Positions 52,671-62,451 of a DNA stretch of 64,000 nucleotides are shown here, in pieces; within the stretch, counting starts at the first letter, position 1; every line of letters starts with the position of its first letter. The stretch is from Planctomycetota bacterium (lineage in GTDB: Bacteria > Planctomycetota > MHYJ01 > JACPRB01): the NCBI GenBank assembly GCA_035574235.1, contig DATLZA010000102.1, forward strand, positions 27,219 through 91,218, in the 5' to 3' direction. The notes below the pieces were generated by a model. The model was not told the origin of the DNA. It worked only from the letters and a program-made list of their open reading frames with translations, and made no database searches. The position numbers were made by a program, and so were the translations under genes.

Positions 52671-54194
52671 ATGGCCGGCAAGCCGCGAACGGTCGACGAG
52701 CTGCGCGCCTCCGGGGCCCGCGTGGTCCCGGTGAAGGAGGAGATGCGGCGCAATCTCATCCGCAAGCTCCGCGCCGACGAACGGCTCTTCCCGGGCATCG
52801 TCGGCTACGACCGGACCGTCCTGCCCGCCCTCCAGAACGCCATTCTCGCCCGCCACGACTTCATCCTTCTCGGCCTCCGGGGGCAGGGCAAGTCCCGGCT
52901 CCTGAGGGCCCTCGTGGACCTTCTCGACGAAGAGGTCCCCGTGGTCCCCGGATGCGAGATCAACGACCATCCGCTGGCGCCCCTCTGCCGCCGCTGCCGC
53001 CGCACCGTCACGGGTTCCACGGAGATCGGGTGGCTCCGGCGCGCGGACCGTTACCGCGAGAAGCTCGCCACGCCGGACGTCACCATGGCCGACCTCATCG
53101 GCGATCTCGACCCCATCAAGGCGGCCAACGAGCGGCGGTCGCTCGCGGACGAGGAGATCATTCACTTCGGCATTCTCCCGCGCACCCACCGGGGAATCTT
53201 CGCGATCAACGAGCTTCCGGACCTCCAGACCCGCATCCAGGTGGGGCTTCTGAACGTCATGGAGGAGCGCGACGTCCAGATCCGCGGCTTTCCCGTGCGG
53301 TTCCCCCTGGACGTCTGCATCGTGTATACCGCGAACCCGGAGGATTACACGAACCGCGGGACCATCATTACGCCGCTCAAGGACCGCATCGACTCCCAGA
53401 TCATGACGCACTATCCGCGGACCCTCGAGGAGGCCGTCGCGATCACGGCGCAGGAAGCCTGGGTCCGGCGCGAAGACGTCTGCGACGTTCACGTGCCGGC
53501 CCTGATCCGCGAGATCGTGGAGGAGATCGCCTTTCAGGCCCGAAAGAGCGAATTCGTCGATCAGGGAAGCGGGGTTTCGGCGCGGCTGTCGATTTCGGCG
53601 CTCGAGAACGTGGTTTCGAATTGCGAGCGAAGGGCGCTCCGGACCGGGGAGCGCCGGGCGGTGCCGCGCATCTGCGATCTCTACGCCGCCGTGCCCGCCG
53701 TGGCGGGGAAGATCGAGCTCGTCTACGAAGGCGAACGGGAGGGCGTGGCGGTCGTGGCGCGCCGGCTGATCGGGCAGGCGATCGAGGCCGCGTTCCGGAG
53801 GCGCCTGCCGGACGCGTACGCCGCGCGGCCCGCCGCCCCCAAGGCCGGCCCGAAGGGACGCCCGGGGCCGGGCACGAAGGACGCCCCCGTCGAAGACACG
53901 GTCTACAAGCCCGTTCTGGAATGGTTCGCGCGCGGAAACCGCGTGGAGGTGAGCGACTCGATGGGCCCGGAGGAGTACGCCCGGGCGCTCGATCAGGTGG
54001 CCGGCCTGCGGGCCCTCGTCCAGGAGCATCTGCGGCCGCCCGCCGAGGAGACGTTTCTGGCCATGGAATTCGTGCTCGAGGGGATGCACCAGAGCTCTCT
54101 GATCGCCCGCGAGGATCTCGAAAACGGCGCCTCGTACAAGGACATGCTCAAGACCATGTTCGAAAGCCTCGGGAGCGGCCGTGGCCCGGAATAG
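52671..54194 (+). CDS. ChlI/BchI-like AAA+ ATPase (Mg-chelatase-like)
   Basis: Walker A GLRGQGKS, Walker B IFAINELPDL, arginine finger region; 507 aa. Confidence 0.65.
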   Translation: MAGKPRTVDELRASGARVVPVKEEMRRNLIRKLRADERLFPGIVGYDRTVLPALQNAILARHDFILLGLRGQGKSRLLRALVDLLDEEVPVVPGCEINDHPLAPLCRRCRRTVTGSTEIGWLRRADRYREKLATPDVTMADLIGDLDPIKAANERRSLADEEIIHFGILPRTHRGIFAINELPDLQTRIQVGLLNVMEERDVQIRGFPVRFPLDVCIVYTANPEDYTNRGTIITPLKDRIDSQIMTHYPRTLEEAVAITAQEAWVRREDVCDVHVPALIREIVEEIAFQARKSEFVDQGSGVSARLSISALENVVSNCERRALRTGERRAVPRICDLYAAVPAVAGKIELVYEGEREGVAVVARRLIGQAIEAAFRRRLPDAYAARPAAPKAGPKGRPGPGTKDAPVEDTVYKPVLEWFARGNRVEVSDSMGPEEYARALDQVAGLRALVQEHLRPPAEETFLAMEFVLEGMHQSSLIAREDLENGASYKDMLKTMFESLGSGRGPE

Positions 54195-54621
54195 CGCGGC
54201 GCTTCTCCTGGCGGCGCTGGCGGCGTCCTGCGCCGAGGTCTACTACCTCGACCTGCCGGACATCAACCTCGACCCGCCGGCCGATCTGGCCGAGCGCCTC
54301 GCCCGCTACCGGTCGGGCGAGGAGAGATGGCACGGCGACCCGCGGGCCGTGGCGGACGTGACCCTCCGGCAGCACCTCGACGTTCCGTGGAAGGCGGAGC
54401 CCTTCCGGCCTTCCGTGTACGAATTCAAGGAGTCCCCCGAATGGGGTCCCTACGTCGTCCGGGGTTACACGTACCCGAGCGGCCACGTCATGCGCTACCG
54501 CGTCAAGCTCCGCCGTTATGAGGAGATCTGGTATCCCGTCCAGGTGAGCCGCTACAAGATCCAGGAGGTTCCCGACGAGGATCCGGCGCACGGTCCCCCG
54601 AGCGGCCGACCGAAGCATTAG
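54181..54621 (+). CDS. putative lipoprotein, hypothetical
   Basis: GTG start overlapping the upstream stop; signal LLLAALAASC. Confidence 0.4.
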   Translation: MARNSAALLLAALAASCAEVYYLDLPDINLDPPADLAERLARYRSGEERWHGDPRAVADVTLRQHLDVPWKAEPFRPSVYEFKESPEWGPYVVRGYTYPSGHVMRYRVKLRRYEEIWYPVQVSRYKIQEVPDEDPAHGPPSGRPKH

Positions 54622-55940
54622 GGCAGTTCGACGCCCTCCAGCGCGAACGGCATCTCCTTGACGTACGTGTCCGTGACGAAACGGAAGCGGATCTCCCGGA
54701 CCGCTCGGGGCCCCAGAGCCGGGAAAGCGGCCTGGTAGACGGCCCGGACGGGATCCGCCGGAACCTTCCGGGCGTTCCGTACGGCGACGACGGCGGCGGC
54801 CTCCGGGGTGCGCACGAACGTCCCTTTGTGTTCGGCTCCCTGGTCGTCCACCGCCACGAGCGACTCCTCGTCCAGCCGCTCGGCGACCGTCTCGAGGAAA
54901 GACTCGTCCGGTGTTCCGTCCGCCGGCGCGAAGGTCAGCATCCACAGGCGGCCCGCCGTGGCGCGCTCCACGCGGATGCGGACCTGTCCCGCCTCCGCCT
55001 GGGCTCCCGCCTCGGGCTTCAGGCGGATCTCGCCGCTCTCCAGCGGAAATAGAGCGCGCACCGTCCCTTGAAGAGAAATTTTTCCGGCTCCGAGCGCCAG
55101 GCCGGACAGAGCGAAGGCCCGCCGCTCCGGGGACGCTCCGAGCCCGCGGGCGGCCGGGCGCACGAGCACGCGCACGGCGGCCAGGGGGGATTCCACGTCC
55201 TCGACGCCTTCGCGCACCTCCAGGGCGGATCCCCGGTCATCCCGGGCTTCGCGGAGCGTGACGGAAGGAAATCCAAGCGGTTTGAGCGACCTCTCGTAGT
55301 CCGTCTCGAGCTGAAGGCGCACGCGGGCGGTCCGCTCCTTGAAGTCGGTCCGGCGTTCCAGCCGCAGCTCCACCACGCGCACGGCGAACGGGCCGGGATA
55401 GGCGGCCGGATAGGGCGGCAAGGGTTCCGGGAGAAGGCGGATGGTCCGGTCGTCCTTCCACTGGTATGAGATGCCGGCGCGGCGGCTGAGGTCGTCCAGG
55501 ACGGCCAGGAGCGGGCGACCGTCCGCGGCCAGCGTGATGCGGGCCGCGACGTCCCGCGGCGGATCCTCGAAGCGCACTCCCGCCTGGCGCTCGATTTCCG
55601 CGAGGGCGGCTCGAAGATCGGCGTCCCGCACGTCCAGGCGCAGCGGCGCGGGGTCGCGGTAGGCGGCCCGGATCTTGGCGGCCCGTTCGATTCTCCGGAG
55701 AACCGCCGTCGCCCGGAGCGTCAGCTCGTTCTGGGTCCCTTGCGAGTTCTCCAGGAGCCGGCGCAGGGCGGGCGCGGCCGCCTCCCCCGCGGCCTCCAGG
55801 TCCCGCTCCGCCCGTTCCCGCACCGCCACGTCGTCGTGTTCGAGATCCCGGATCAGGCGGCGAAGGGAGTCGTTTTCGGGTCCGTCCTGAACCGCACCCG
55901 CCCAGAAGAGAAAGGACGCGAAGAAAGCCGTCATGGTCAT
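54618..55940 (-). CDS. secreted hypothetical protein (HEAT-like N-terminal repeats)
   Basis: Signal MTMTAFFASFLFWAGAV; non-biased 440 aa. Confidence 0.5.
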   Translation of the reverse strand: MTMTAFFASFLFWAGAVQDGPENDSLRRLIRDLEHDDVAVRERAERDLEAAGEAAAPALRRLLENSQGTQNELTLRATAVLRRIERAAKIRAAYRDPAPLRLDVRDADLRAALAEIERQAGVRFEDPPRDVAARITLAADGRPLLAVLDDLSRRAGISYQWKDDRTIRLLPEPLPPYPAAYPGPFAVRVVELRLERRTDFKERTARVRLQLETDYERSLKPLGFPSVTLREARDDRGSALEVREGVEDVESPLAAVRVLVRPAARGLGASPERRAFALSGLALGAGKISLQGTVRALFPLESGEIRLKPEAGAQAEAGQVRIRVERATAGRLWMLTFAPADGTPDESFLETVAERLDEESLVAVDDQGAEHKGTFVRTPEAAAVVAVRNARKVPADPVRAVYQAAFPALGPRAVREIRFRFVTDTYVKEMPFALEGVELP

Positions 55941-56003
55941 CTCCCGCGATCGTTGAAGTCTATACGGCCGTGCGCCCTTTCCGATGAAGGAGGCGAGGTC
56001 GGG

Positions 56004-56549
56004 CTACGCGAAGATTTCGCCGACCGGAAGCTCCAGGCCCGCAAGGACCGACGACGTCAGCGTATCCGGCTCCTGGAAGTACCCGAGCGGCGAGAAGGCG
56101 CTTCCGGAGAGCCCGAGGATCTCGACCGAGCGCTCTTCCGGATCCACGATCCAGTACTCGCGGACCGCGTTCTGCTCGTAGAGCCGGCGCTTGACGAGCC
56201 GGTCGCGCTCGGGATTCTCGGGCGAAAGGACCTCCACGATGAGGTCGGGCACCCCGCGGATCCAGTCCTCGCGTCGCGCCGGATTATTCGAGGCCAGGAA
56301 GAGGACGTCCGGCTGCACGATGTCCCCGGAAGGCAGATGGACGTCCATCGGCGCCGCCAGGACGAGGCCAAGACCGCGACTGCGGGAATGCTCCCGAAGG
56401 ATCGCCGCGAGGTTAAGAACCGCTTTCTGGTGTCGAAATCGCGGCGAAGGCGACGTCAGAATTTCCCCCTCGAGGAGTTCCGCGAGCGCACCCTCGGGAA
56501 GTCGCAGGTAGTCGTCCACGGTCTTTCGGGGCTTGGTCTTAAGCGCCAT
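56004..56549 (-). CDS. Uma2-family (DUF820) putative endonuclease
   Basis: Start at MALKTKPRKTVDDYLRLPEG; PD-(D/E)xK-like core (DVHLPSGDIVQPDVLF..EVLSP); TACAAT 6 nt upstream of the ATG. Confidence 0.7.
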   Translation of the reverse strand: MALKTKPRKTVDDYLRLPEGALAELLEGEILTSPSPRFRHQKAVLNLAAILREHSRSRGLGLVLAAPMDVHLPSGDIVQPDVLFLASNNPARREDWIRGVPDLIVEVLSPENPERDRLVKRRLYEQNAVREYWIVDPEERSVEILGLSGSAFSPLGYFQEPDTLTSSVLAGLELPVGEIFA

Positions 56550-56586
56550 AATCTCATTGTACCGGTCGCGCGAACGCCGGGGCAAG

Positions 56587-58056
56587 TCAAGGCCACCGCG
56601 CGAGGCGCCGCACCGGATACGCCCCCCCCGGGCGCAGGACGGCGTCGAAGAAGTTCCAGCGGACCAGGCCGTCGTCGCTCTCCGGCTCCAGAAGGTAGAC
56701 GGCCAGCGTGCCGAGCGGCTGGTCCGCGGGCACGAGGATATCCCCCGGGACGCCCCGAACGGGTCCCGATTCCGCGCGGCAGACGGCCACGGTCTCCAGG
56801 CGCTTCATGTCTCCGACGTCGGGGCTGTCCACCGACGAGAGCCCCTCCACGCGGTACGTCTCGCCGGGCACTTCGAAGGGGCTTTCCACGGGAACCAGGC
56901 GCAGGTTGTGTTCCCGCAGCTTCTCGAGCACCGTCCCCAGGGCGCCCGGCACGAGGTACGCGGCCGGACGCCGCACGGCCTTCGAGAGCTCGAAGCGGGC
57001 GAAATGGGGCACCCGGTAGAGACGCTTCTCGCGGCCCGGAATGCGCCTTGCGAGCTGCGATTCCATGTCCCACGCCAGGATCTCGCAGTCTCCGATTTTC
57101 TGCGGAGGTCCGTAGGCGATGCCCACGGGATCGGGCCGGCGGGTTTCCTCCTCCGCGCACCGCCGCACGATCTCCGGCCCGCGTTCGATCGCCAGATCGA
57201 AGATCTCCTTCAGGATTTCGACCGTCACGCGCACCCGGTCCCGGAAGGGGATGTAGCTGTAGGCTTCCAAAAGAATGTCCATCCGTCCGGTCAGCCCGCG
57301 GTAATGCGACCCGTAGCGCGGAAAATGAGGGTACGTCATCCACCCTTTGGAGAGATCCTTCTCGTCGATGAAATTGCCGTAGAAGAACGTCTTGAGTCCC
57401 GTCCGGCGGTCCAGGCGGCGGGTGATTTCGGGAAGGAATTCGGTCCGGATCCATTCGCAGGGCGGCGTGGGAATGTGGGAGGTGTCGTACGTGAGGTCGA
57501 AGCCGTGGATCGAGCCGTCCGTCGTGTGGCAGTCGATCGTGAGGTGCGGTCGCCACGCGCCGTACAGGCGCGAGAGGTTCCGGGACTCCGGAGCCTCGAG
57601 CTTCATATAGTCGCGGTTGAGGTTGATGCCTTGGCCGGTCGTGCGCGTTCCCACGCCCCCTTCGGGACCTATCTGGCCTTCGAGTTTCTCGAGGTCGAGC
57701 GCACGGTGGCGCGGATCGATCCGGTCGTTTCCGTCGGGGTTGTAGTTGGGGACCAGAAGGAGCGTCAGCCCCTCGAGGACCCGGTCCGGCAGGTCCCGGG
57801 CGAGCATGAGGACCGCCTCCTTGCCTTCCACCTCCCCCGCGTGGATGTTGGCCAGGACAAGCACCGTGGGGCGATCCGGCCGGCGGTCCCCCGAGACAAG
57901 GACGGGCATCTCCTGGCCGAAGGCGCTGCGCCCCATCGACTCCACGCGGAAGCGAGGGCGGCGGGCCTGAAGCGCGTCGATGAACCGCAGGACGTCCGTG
58001 TGGCGCGACGTTTCGCGGTAGTTCGTCCGTTCGGCGACGGTCAGGGGTTCGGGCAT
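56587..58056 (-). CDS. M14-family zinc carboxypeptidase
   Basis: ANIHAGEVEG (HxxE zinc motif), NYNPDGN, downstream His ligand region. Confidence 0.75.
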   Translation of the reverse strand: MPEPLTVAERTNYRETSRHTDVLRFIDALQARRPRFRVESMGRSAFGQEMPVLVSGDRRPDRPTVLVLANIHAGEVEGKEAVLMLARDLPDRVLEGLTLLLVPNYNPDGNDRIDPRHRALDLEKLEGQIGPEGGVGTRTTGQGINLNRDYMKLEAPESRNLSRLYGAWRPHLTIDCHTTDGSIHGFDLTYDTSHIPTPPCEWIRTEFLPEITRRLDRRTGLKTFFYGNFIDEKDLSKGWMTYPHFPRYGSHYRGLTGRMDILLEAYSYIPFRDRVRVTVEILKEIFDLAIERGPEIVRRCAEEETRRPDPVGIAYGPPQKIGDCEILAWDMESQLARRIPGREKRLYRVPHFARFELSKAVRRPAAYLVPGALGTVLEKLREHNLRLVPVESPFEVPGETYRVEGLSSVDSPDVGDMKRLETVAVCRAESGPVRGVPGDILVPADQPLGTLAVYLLEPESDDGLVRWNFFDAVLRPGGAYPVRRLARWP

Positions 58057-58065
58057 CGGAGGCTC

Positions 58066-59073
58066 TCAGGACGGTCGGACCAGCTCGATACGGCGGGCGC
58101 CCGCGGGAATCCGCAGGAGTCCTCCCGAGGGGGCCGCGGGCCGGCCGTCGATTCGCGCCGAGAGCTCGGCGGGCGCCTCGAGAAGGAAGCCTTCCGGCGG
58201 GCGGCAGTCGCCCCGCAGCTCGAGCGCCCGGGCGTTGAACGCGCCCTCGTACTGCACGGTCAGCGCGCCGAAGGGGGTGGGAATTCCCTCGGCCTCGATC
58301 GTCTGGTAGAGCCAGGTCTCGGGAACATCGGGGAAGAGGCGGATCGCGCCGCCTTCCGGACGCGCCAGCCGGCCGAGCAGACGGTCGAGCACGGCGGCGC
58401 GCTCGCTCAGCCCCATGCGGATCCCCGCCAGGGCCGCATAGTACTCCGTGACCGCGTCGGCATCCGGAACGCGCAGGCGGCGTCCTTCGAAGGCGCGCTC
58501 CCAGGCGGCCGCCGCCCGTTCGAGATCCTCCGCTTGGACCCGTCCGGCGAGATCGGCCGTGGTGAGGTGGACGAAGGCGCTCGTTCCCGGCTCCACGCGG
58601 AGCGGGAACGACCAGCCGGAAGGGGTCCGGCTCGCGCCGGTTCCCGAAGGAACGAGCGCTCCCGAGGCGACGACGAGCCGGCACGAACGCGGCCCGTCTC
58701 CGTGGTTCATGACGTGGTAGCGCGCCACGACCCCCGAGGAGCCGGCGGGGTACAGGAGCTGGGTCACCTGGAACCCGCCCCCGGCGTCCCACGTCACCTG
58801 CGGGAAGGGAAGCGTGCCGCGGAAAAGCGACAGTCGCGGCGATCCGGCCGAAGGATGCGCGGGTTCGTCTCCGCCTTCGGGTTCGATGCGGTGTTCCACC
58901 CGGTGGCCGCCGGCGCTCCAGCGGCCCGAAGCGTCGCAGAAGGTCCTGGGCGCCTCGCCGGGAAGGCCCACGGGGATGCCGGCGGGCGCCGGGCCGGGAG
59001 GGGCGGACGGCGGCTGCGGAGGGGGCGACGAACAGGCCGACAGAAAGATCAACCCCAGCAGCGCGCGTTTCAT
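58066..59073 (-). CDS. putative lipoprotein, hypothetical
   Basis: Start MKRALLGLIFLSACSS (lipobox). The longer ORF begins at 59103. Confidence 0.45.
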   Translation of the reverse strand: MKRALLGLIFLSACSSPPPQPPSAPPGPAPAGIPVGLPGEAPRTFCDASGRWSAGGHRVEHRIEPEGGDEPAHPSAGSPRLSLFRGTLPFPQVTWDAGGGFQVTQLLYPAGSSGVVARYHVMNHGDGPRSCRLVVASGALVPSGTGASRTPSGWSFPLRVEPGTSAFVHLTTADLAGRVQAEDLERAAAAWERAFEGRRLRVPDADAVTEYYAALAGIRMGLSERAAVLDRLLGRLARPEGGAIRLFPDVPETWLYQTIEAEGIPTPFGALTVQYEGAFNARALELRGDCRPPEGFLLEAPAELSARIDGRPAAPSGGLLRIPAGARRIELVRPS

Positions 59074-59099
59074 GGCCGTCATCGTAACAGCCGCGCGGA

Positions 59100-61271
59100 T
59101 CATTTCAAAAGTTTCTCCACGCAGCCTTCCCGGCCGGTGATGAGGGCCGGCACGGGAAGAGCCTCCACCACGCGGGGCGAATAGTATCCCTCGGGGGCGC
59201 TGACGACGACCGTTTCGGCCCCGACGCGCCGCACGAATTCCTCATGCCGCTCGAAGTACTTCCCGTGGTGGGGCAGGACGAGCAGCCGCGCGCGAAGGTC
59301 GGGGAGCGTGAGAAGTTCCTCGACGCCGCGGTCCTGGATGTCGCCCGGGAAGAGGACGCCTCCCGCGCGAAGGACGATGGAGCTTTCGTTCGGGGGGACC
59401 GGGCGGCCGAACTTTTCCCACGCGGGCGGGCCCAGGATTTCCATCCGGTCGAGCCGCACCGGTTCGTGAAGGCGCTCGACGACGACGACCTCGACCCCCG
59501 CGGGCCACGTGAACCCCTCGAAGGCGCGGGTGACGATCAGACGGCGGACCCGCACAAGCTCCAGGAGCGAGCGCGCGCCGTTGACGTGGTCGGCGTCGGG
59601 GTGGGTCAGGACGAGGGTGTCGAGGCGCCGGACCCCGCGCTCCCAGAGGTAGGGAGCGGCGATGGAGGCGCCGGGATCCCGGACGTCGAGGCTGCCGCAG
59701 TCCACCATGAGGTTTCGTCCGTCGGGCCATTCGAGGTAAGCGCAGCTTCCGCGGCCCACGTCGAGCGCCGCGAAGAAGACGCCGTCGGGGGCGCGGTAGC
59801 GCAGCGGGCCCGCCAGTCCCAGGGGCAAAACGAGCGCCACGGCCCCGAGCGCCTTCCAGGGGCGGGGAGCGGCGCGGCACCAGAGCGTCCAGGCGCCGAG
59901 CGCGGCGTAGTAGGCCGCCAGAAGCGCCGGGCCGGGCGAAGGGCCGTAGGCGTGGGAGAAAGGGAGGGACCCCAGGAATCCGGAAGCGGCGCTCAGGAGG
60001 TCGAACGCCGCGCCGGCCGCCGCGCCCGTGAGGCTTCCAAGGCCGATCGGCGCGAGGAGCAGGTGGGCCAGGCCCAGGCCGAATTCGAGCGTCATGAGGG
60101 GGACGATGAGGAGGTTCGCCGCGACGATCACGGGCGTCAGAAGGTTGAAGGCTTCGAGGATGATCGGAGCGGTGGCGAGCCACGCCGCCAGGGAGGCGGC
60201 CAGGGCATGCCGCAGGCGCTCCCAGGCCCAGCCGCCGGGGGCCGGGAGGGCGTGGAAGATCGGGGCCACGAGGGAAAGTCCCAGGACGGCCGCGAAGGAG
60301 AGCTGAAATCCCAGGTCCGCCACCTGGGCGGGATCGACGGCCGAAAGAAGGAGCGCCGCGGCCGCCAGCGCCGAGATCGCGTCGCGCCGCCGCCAGGCCA
60401 GGTCGGCCCCGAAGAAGGCGGCGATCATGAGGAAGGAGCGCACGACGGAGATTTCCAGTCCGGTCAGAAGGACGTACGTGCCCAGGATTCCGAGAAGGGC
60501 GAGCGCCTGGGGCCGTCCCGTGACGCCCAGGAGGGTCAGGAGCGTCCAGAACGCCCCCAGGACGATGACGAGGTTCTGGCCGGACAGGGCCAGGACGTGC
60601 GCGGTGCCGGTGCGCTGGAAGTTCCGCACGAGGTCGTCCGGAAGCGGTTCGCGGCGGCCCAGGACGATGGCGGCGCAGAAGGAGCCGACTTCCGGGCGCA
60701 TACCGCGGTCGAAAAGGGAGCGGACCCACGCGCGGGCGCGGCTCCAGGCCGGCGGTCCTTCCAGGATCTCGAGCGTTTCGAGGGTCATCACGGCGTCGAT
60801 GCCCTGGCGCTGGAGCCAGGCGCCGTAATCGAACTGGCCGGGGTTCGTGGCGCGTCTGGGGCGCTTCATGGGGCCGCGGACGCGGACGCGCTCGCCGCCG
60901 ATGAGCGGCACCTCGCGGCCGAAGGCGCGGACCTGAACGCGGTCCACGACGAAGGAGGCTCGGGCCGGGGGTGCGCCTTCGGGTTCGTCCAGGGAGCGGT
61001 AGAAGCGGGGAGGGCCGGCCACGGTGCCCTCGACCTGATCCGTCAGGGGGATCGGGTCGCGAAGCTCGGCGGCTTCCTGCCGGATCGCGCCGAGGGCGGT
61101 TCCCCAAAGCGCCAGAAGGAAGGGCGCGCGGCGGCGGCACAGGGCGAGCACGGCGCCGAGCGCCAAGGCCGCGGCGACGGGAAGGAGCCACGGCGGATCC
61201 GCTTCGCGCGCGCCGGCGATGCCGGCCAGGAATCCCGCCGCCAGCGGGACCAGGGGGCGCGCCCGGAGCAT
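59100..61271 (-). CDS. comEC: DNA internalisation-related competence protein ComEC/Rec2
   Basis: Start MLRARPLVPL; competence domain (AHVLALSGQNL, GLSFAAV); C-terminal metallo-beta-lactamase (HPDADHVNG, VLPHHG). Confidence 0.8.
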   Translation of the reverse strand: MLRARPLVPLAAGFLAGIAGAREADPPWLLPVAAALALGAVLALCRRRAPFLLALWGTALGAIRQEAAELRDPIPLTDQVEGTVAGPPRFYRSLDEPEGAPPARASFVVDRVQVRAFGREVPLIGGERVRVRGPMKRPRRATNPGQFDYGAWLQRQGIDAVMTLETLEILEGPPAWSRARAWVRSLFDRGMRPEVGSFCAAIVLGRREPLPDDLVRNFQRTGTAHVLALSGQNLVIVLGAFWTLLTLLGVTGRPQALALLGILGTYVLLTGLEISVVRSFLMIAAFFGADLAWRRRDAISALAAAALLLSAVDPAQVADLGFQLSFAAVLGLSLVAPIFHALPAPGGWAWERLRHALAASLAAWLATAPIILEAFNLLTPVIVAANLLIVPLMTLEFGLGLAHLLLAPIGLGSLTGAAAGAAFDLLSAASGFLGSLPFSHAYGPSPGPALLAAYYAALGAWTLWCRAAPRPWKALGAVALVLPLGLAGPLRYRAPDGVFFAALDVGRGSCAYLEWPDGRNLMVDCGSLDVRDPGASIAAPYLWERGVRRLDTLVLTHPDADHVNGARSLLELVRVRRLIVTRAFEGFTWPAGVEVVVVERLHEPVRLDRMEILGPPAWEKFGRPVPPNESSIVLRAGGVLFPGDIQDRGVEELLTLPDLRARLLVLPHHGKYFERHEEFVRRVGAETVVVSAPEGYYSPRVVEALPVPALITGREGCVEKLLK

Positions 61272-61400
61272 CGCGGGATTATATCGGCGCGTGGAACCTC
61301 TGCGAAGGAAGCGCGAGAACCTGCGGATAAAGGTTATACTCGTGTCTGGAAGCTTCACCCACGTCCAGGCGCTCAACTTTTTACATAGGAGGGATGTCCC

Positions 61401-61686
61401 ATGAAACGCCTCTTGATGGCTTCGGGATCGGGGGGGATCGCGGCCCTTTTTTTTTCTGCTCGGATTCGTTGCGGCCGACTGGACTCCGTCGGCTCAGGCG
61501 TCTCCGGCCATGACCTTTTCGGAAAGCTCGGAGGGCGCCTTCAGCGGTCAGGACGGCGTTCTGGTCGTTCGTGTCGGTCAGGGCGGAAATCCCATGATCT
61601 TCGTCTTTCGGGGGAACCGGATCTGGAAACTGGATCCTTCGCAAACGCAATCGCTGAACACGAAACCTTGGGGCGTTCTCGAATAG
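61401..61686 (+). CDS. small secreted protein gene interrupted by a frameshift at a T9 homopolymer (61447-61455)
   Basis: With 8 T the ATG at 61401 reads MKRLLMASGSGGIAALFFLLGFVAADWTPSAQA|SPAMTFSESSEG...KPWGVLE* (95 aa, signal peptide, TAG at 61684). As sequenced, frame 1 runs into Arg-rich nonsense to 61748. Confidence 0.4.
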
Positions 61687-61744
61687 GTTCGGTCGCGCCG
61701 ATCGTGGACCGCGCCGGCGGGGTCTGTTACAATAGCCGTTCGTC

Positions 61745-62431
61745 ATGAGCCTTCCGTGGAAGGTCGGGGACAAGCTTCCGGACGCGCGGCTGGGGACGAT
61801 GGGGGGGACGTCCTGCGCGCTGCGCGATTTCCGGGGCCGGAAGGCGCTCGTCTACGTGTGGGCCTCCTGGTCCGACAGCCGGGAGGCGCTTCCGCTCCTC
61901 GAGGAATTCCACGGCAAGCACCCGGAAACGGCCGCGATTTCCATCGCCTGCGACGTGACCGGACCGGAGTATCCGATGCGGTACCTGCGCCGGGCACGCG
62001 CGACCTTCGAAATGTGGATCGACGCCACGTGCACGATCTCGCGGCGCTGGGGCGTCAAGGAGGTTCCGGTAACGGTCCTCCTCGACGAGGAAGGCTGCAT
62101 TCTGCTCCTGGGGACCGCGCTGGACCGGCCGCTTCTGGCCCGCGTGGAGGAGCTTCTGGCCCGACCCGCGGCGCGGCGCGGAGTTCCCGAGCCCAGGGTG
62201 GATACGAAGAACACCCGCATCGAAATCCTCATGCAGTCCTGCACGAACTTTCTGAGCCGGAAGCGGACGGCGGATGCGGCCGCTTCGCTTCGGAAAGCGC
62301 TCGCGGTCGATCCCGAGAACAAACTCATCGCCCCGCAGGTGTTGGTGCTCACGAACCCCGAGAAGTTCTACGAGGGGGCGATCGATCATGCCTGGCTGGC
62401 CGCTCAGCCGCCGGTGACGCCGCTCGCGTAG
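61745..62431 (+). CDS. thioredoxin-fold (TlpA/redoxin-like) protein lacking the CxxC motif
   Basis: ALVYVWASWSDSREALP aligns with redoxin WA(S/T)WCxPC, but the Cys are replaced; helical C-terminal region. Confidence 0.5.
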   Translation: MSLPWKVGDKLPDARLGTMGGTSCALRDFRGRKALVYVWASWSDSREALPLLEEFHGKHPETAAISIACDVTGPEYPMRYLRRARATFEMWIDATCTISRRWGVKEVPVTVLLDEEGCILLLGTALDRPLLARVEELLARPAARRGVPEPRVDTKNTRIEILMQSCTNFLSRKRTADAAASLRKALAVDPENKLIAPQVLVLTNPEKFYEGAIDHAWLAAQPPVTPLA

Positions 62432-62451
62432 GGCCCGGGCCGGCGGGGAGG

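Noticed and set aside
61687-61748. Frame-1 continuation of ORF 61401..61748 beyond the T9 tract
   Set aside because: The post-tract translation is Arg/Ser/Gly-rich nonsense, while the +1 frame gives a coherent secreted domain. It is treated as a frameshifted gene, not a 115-aa protein.
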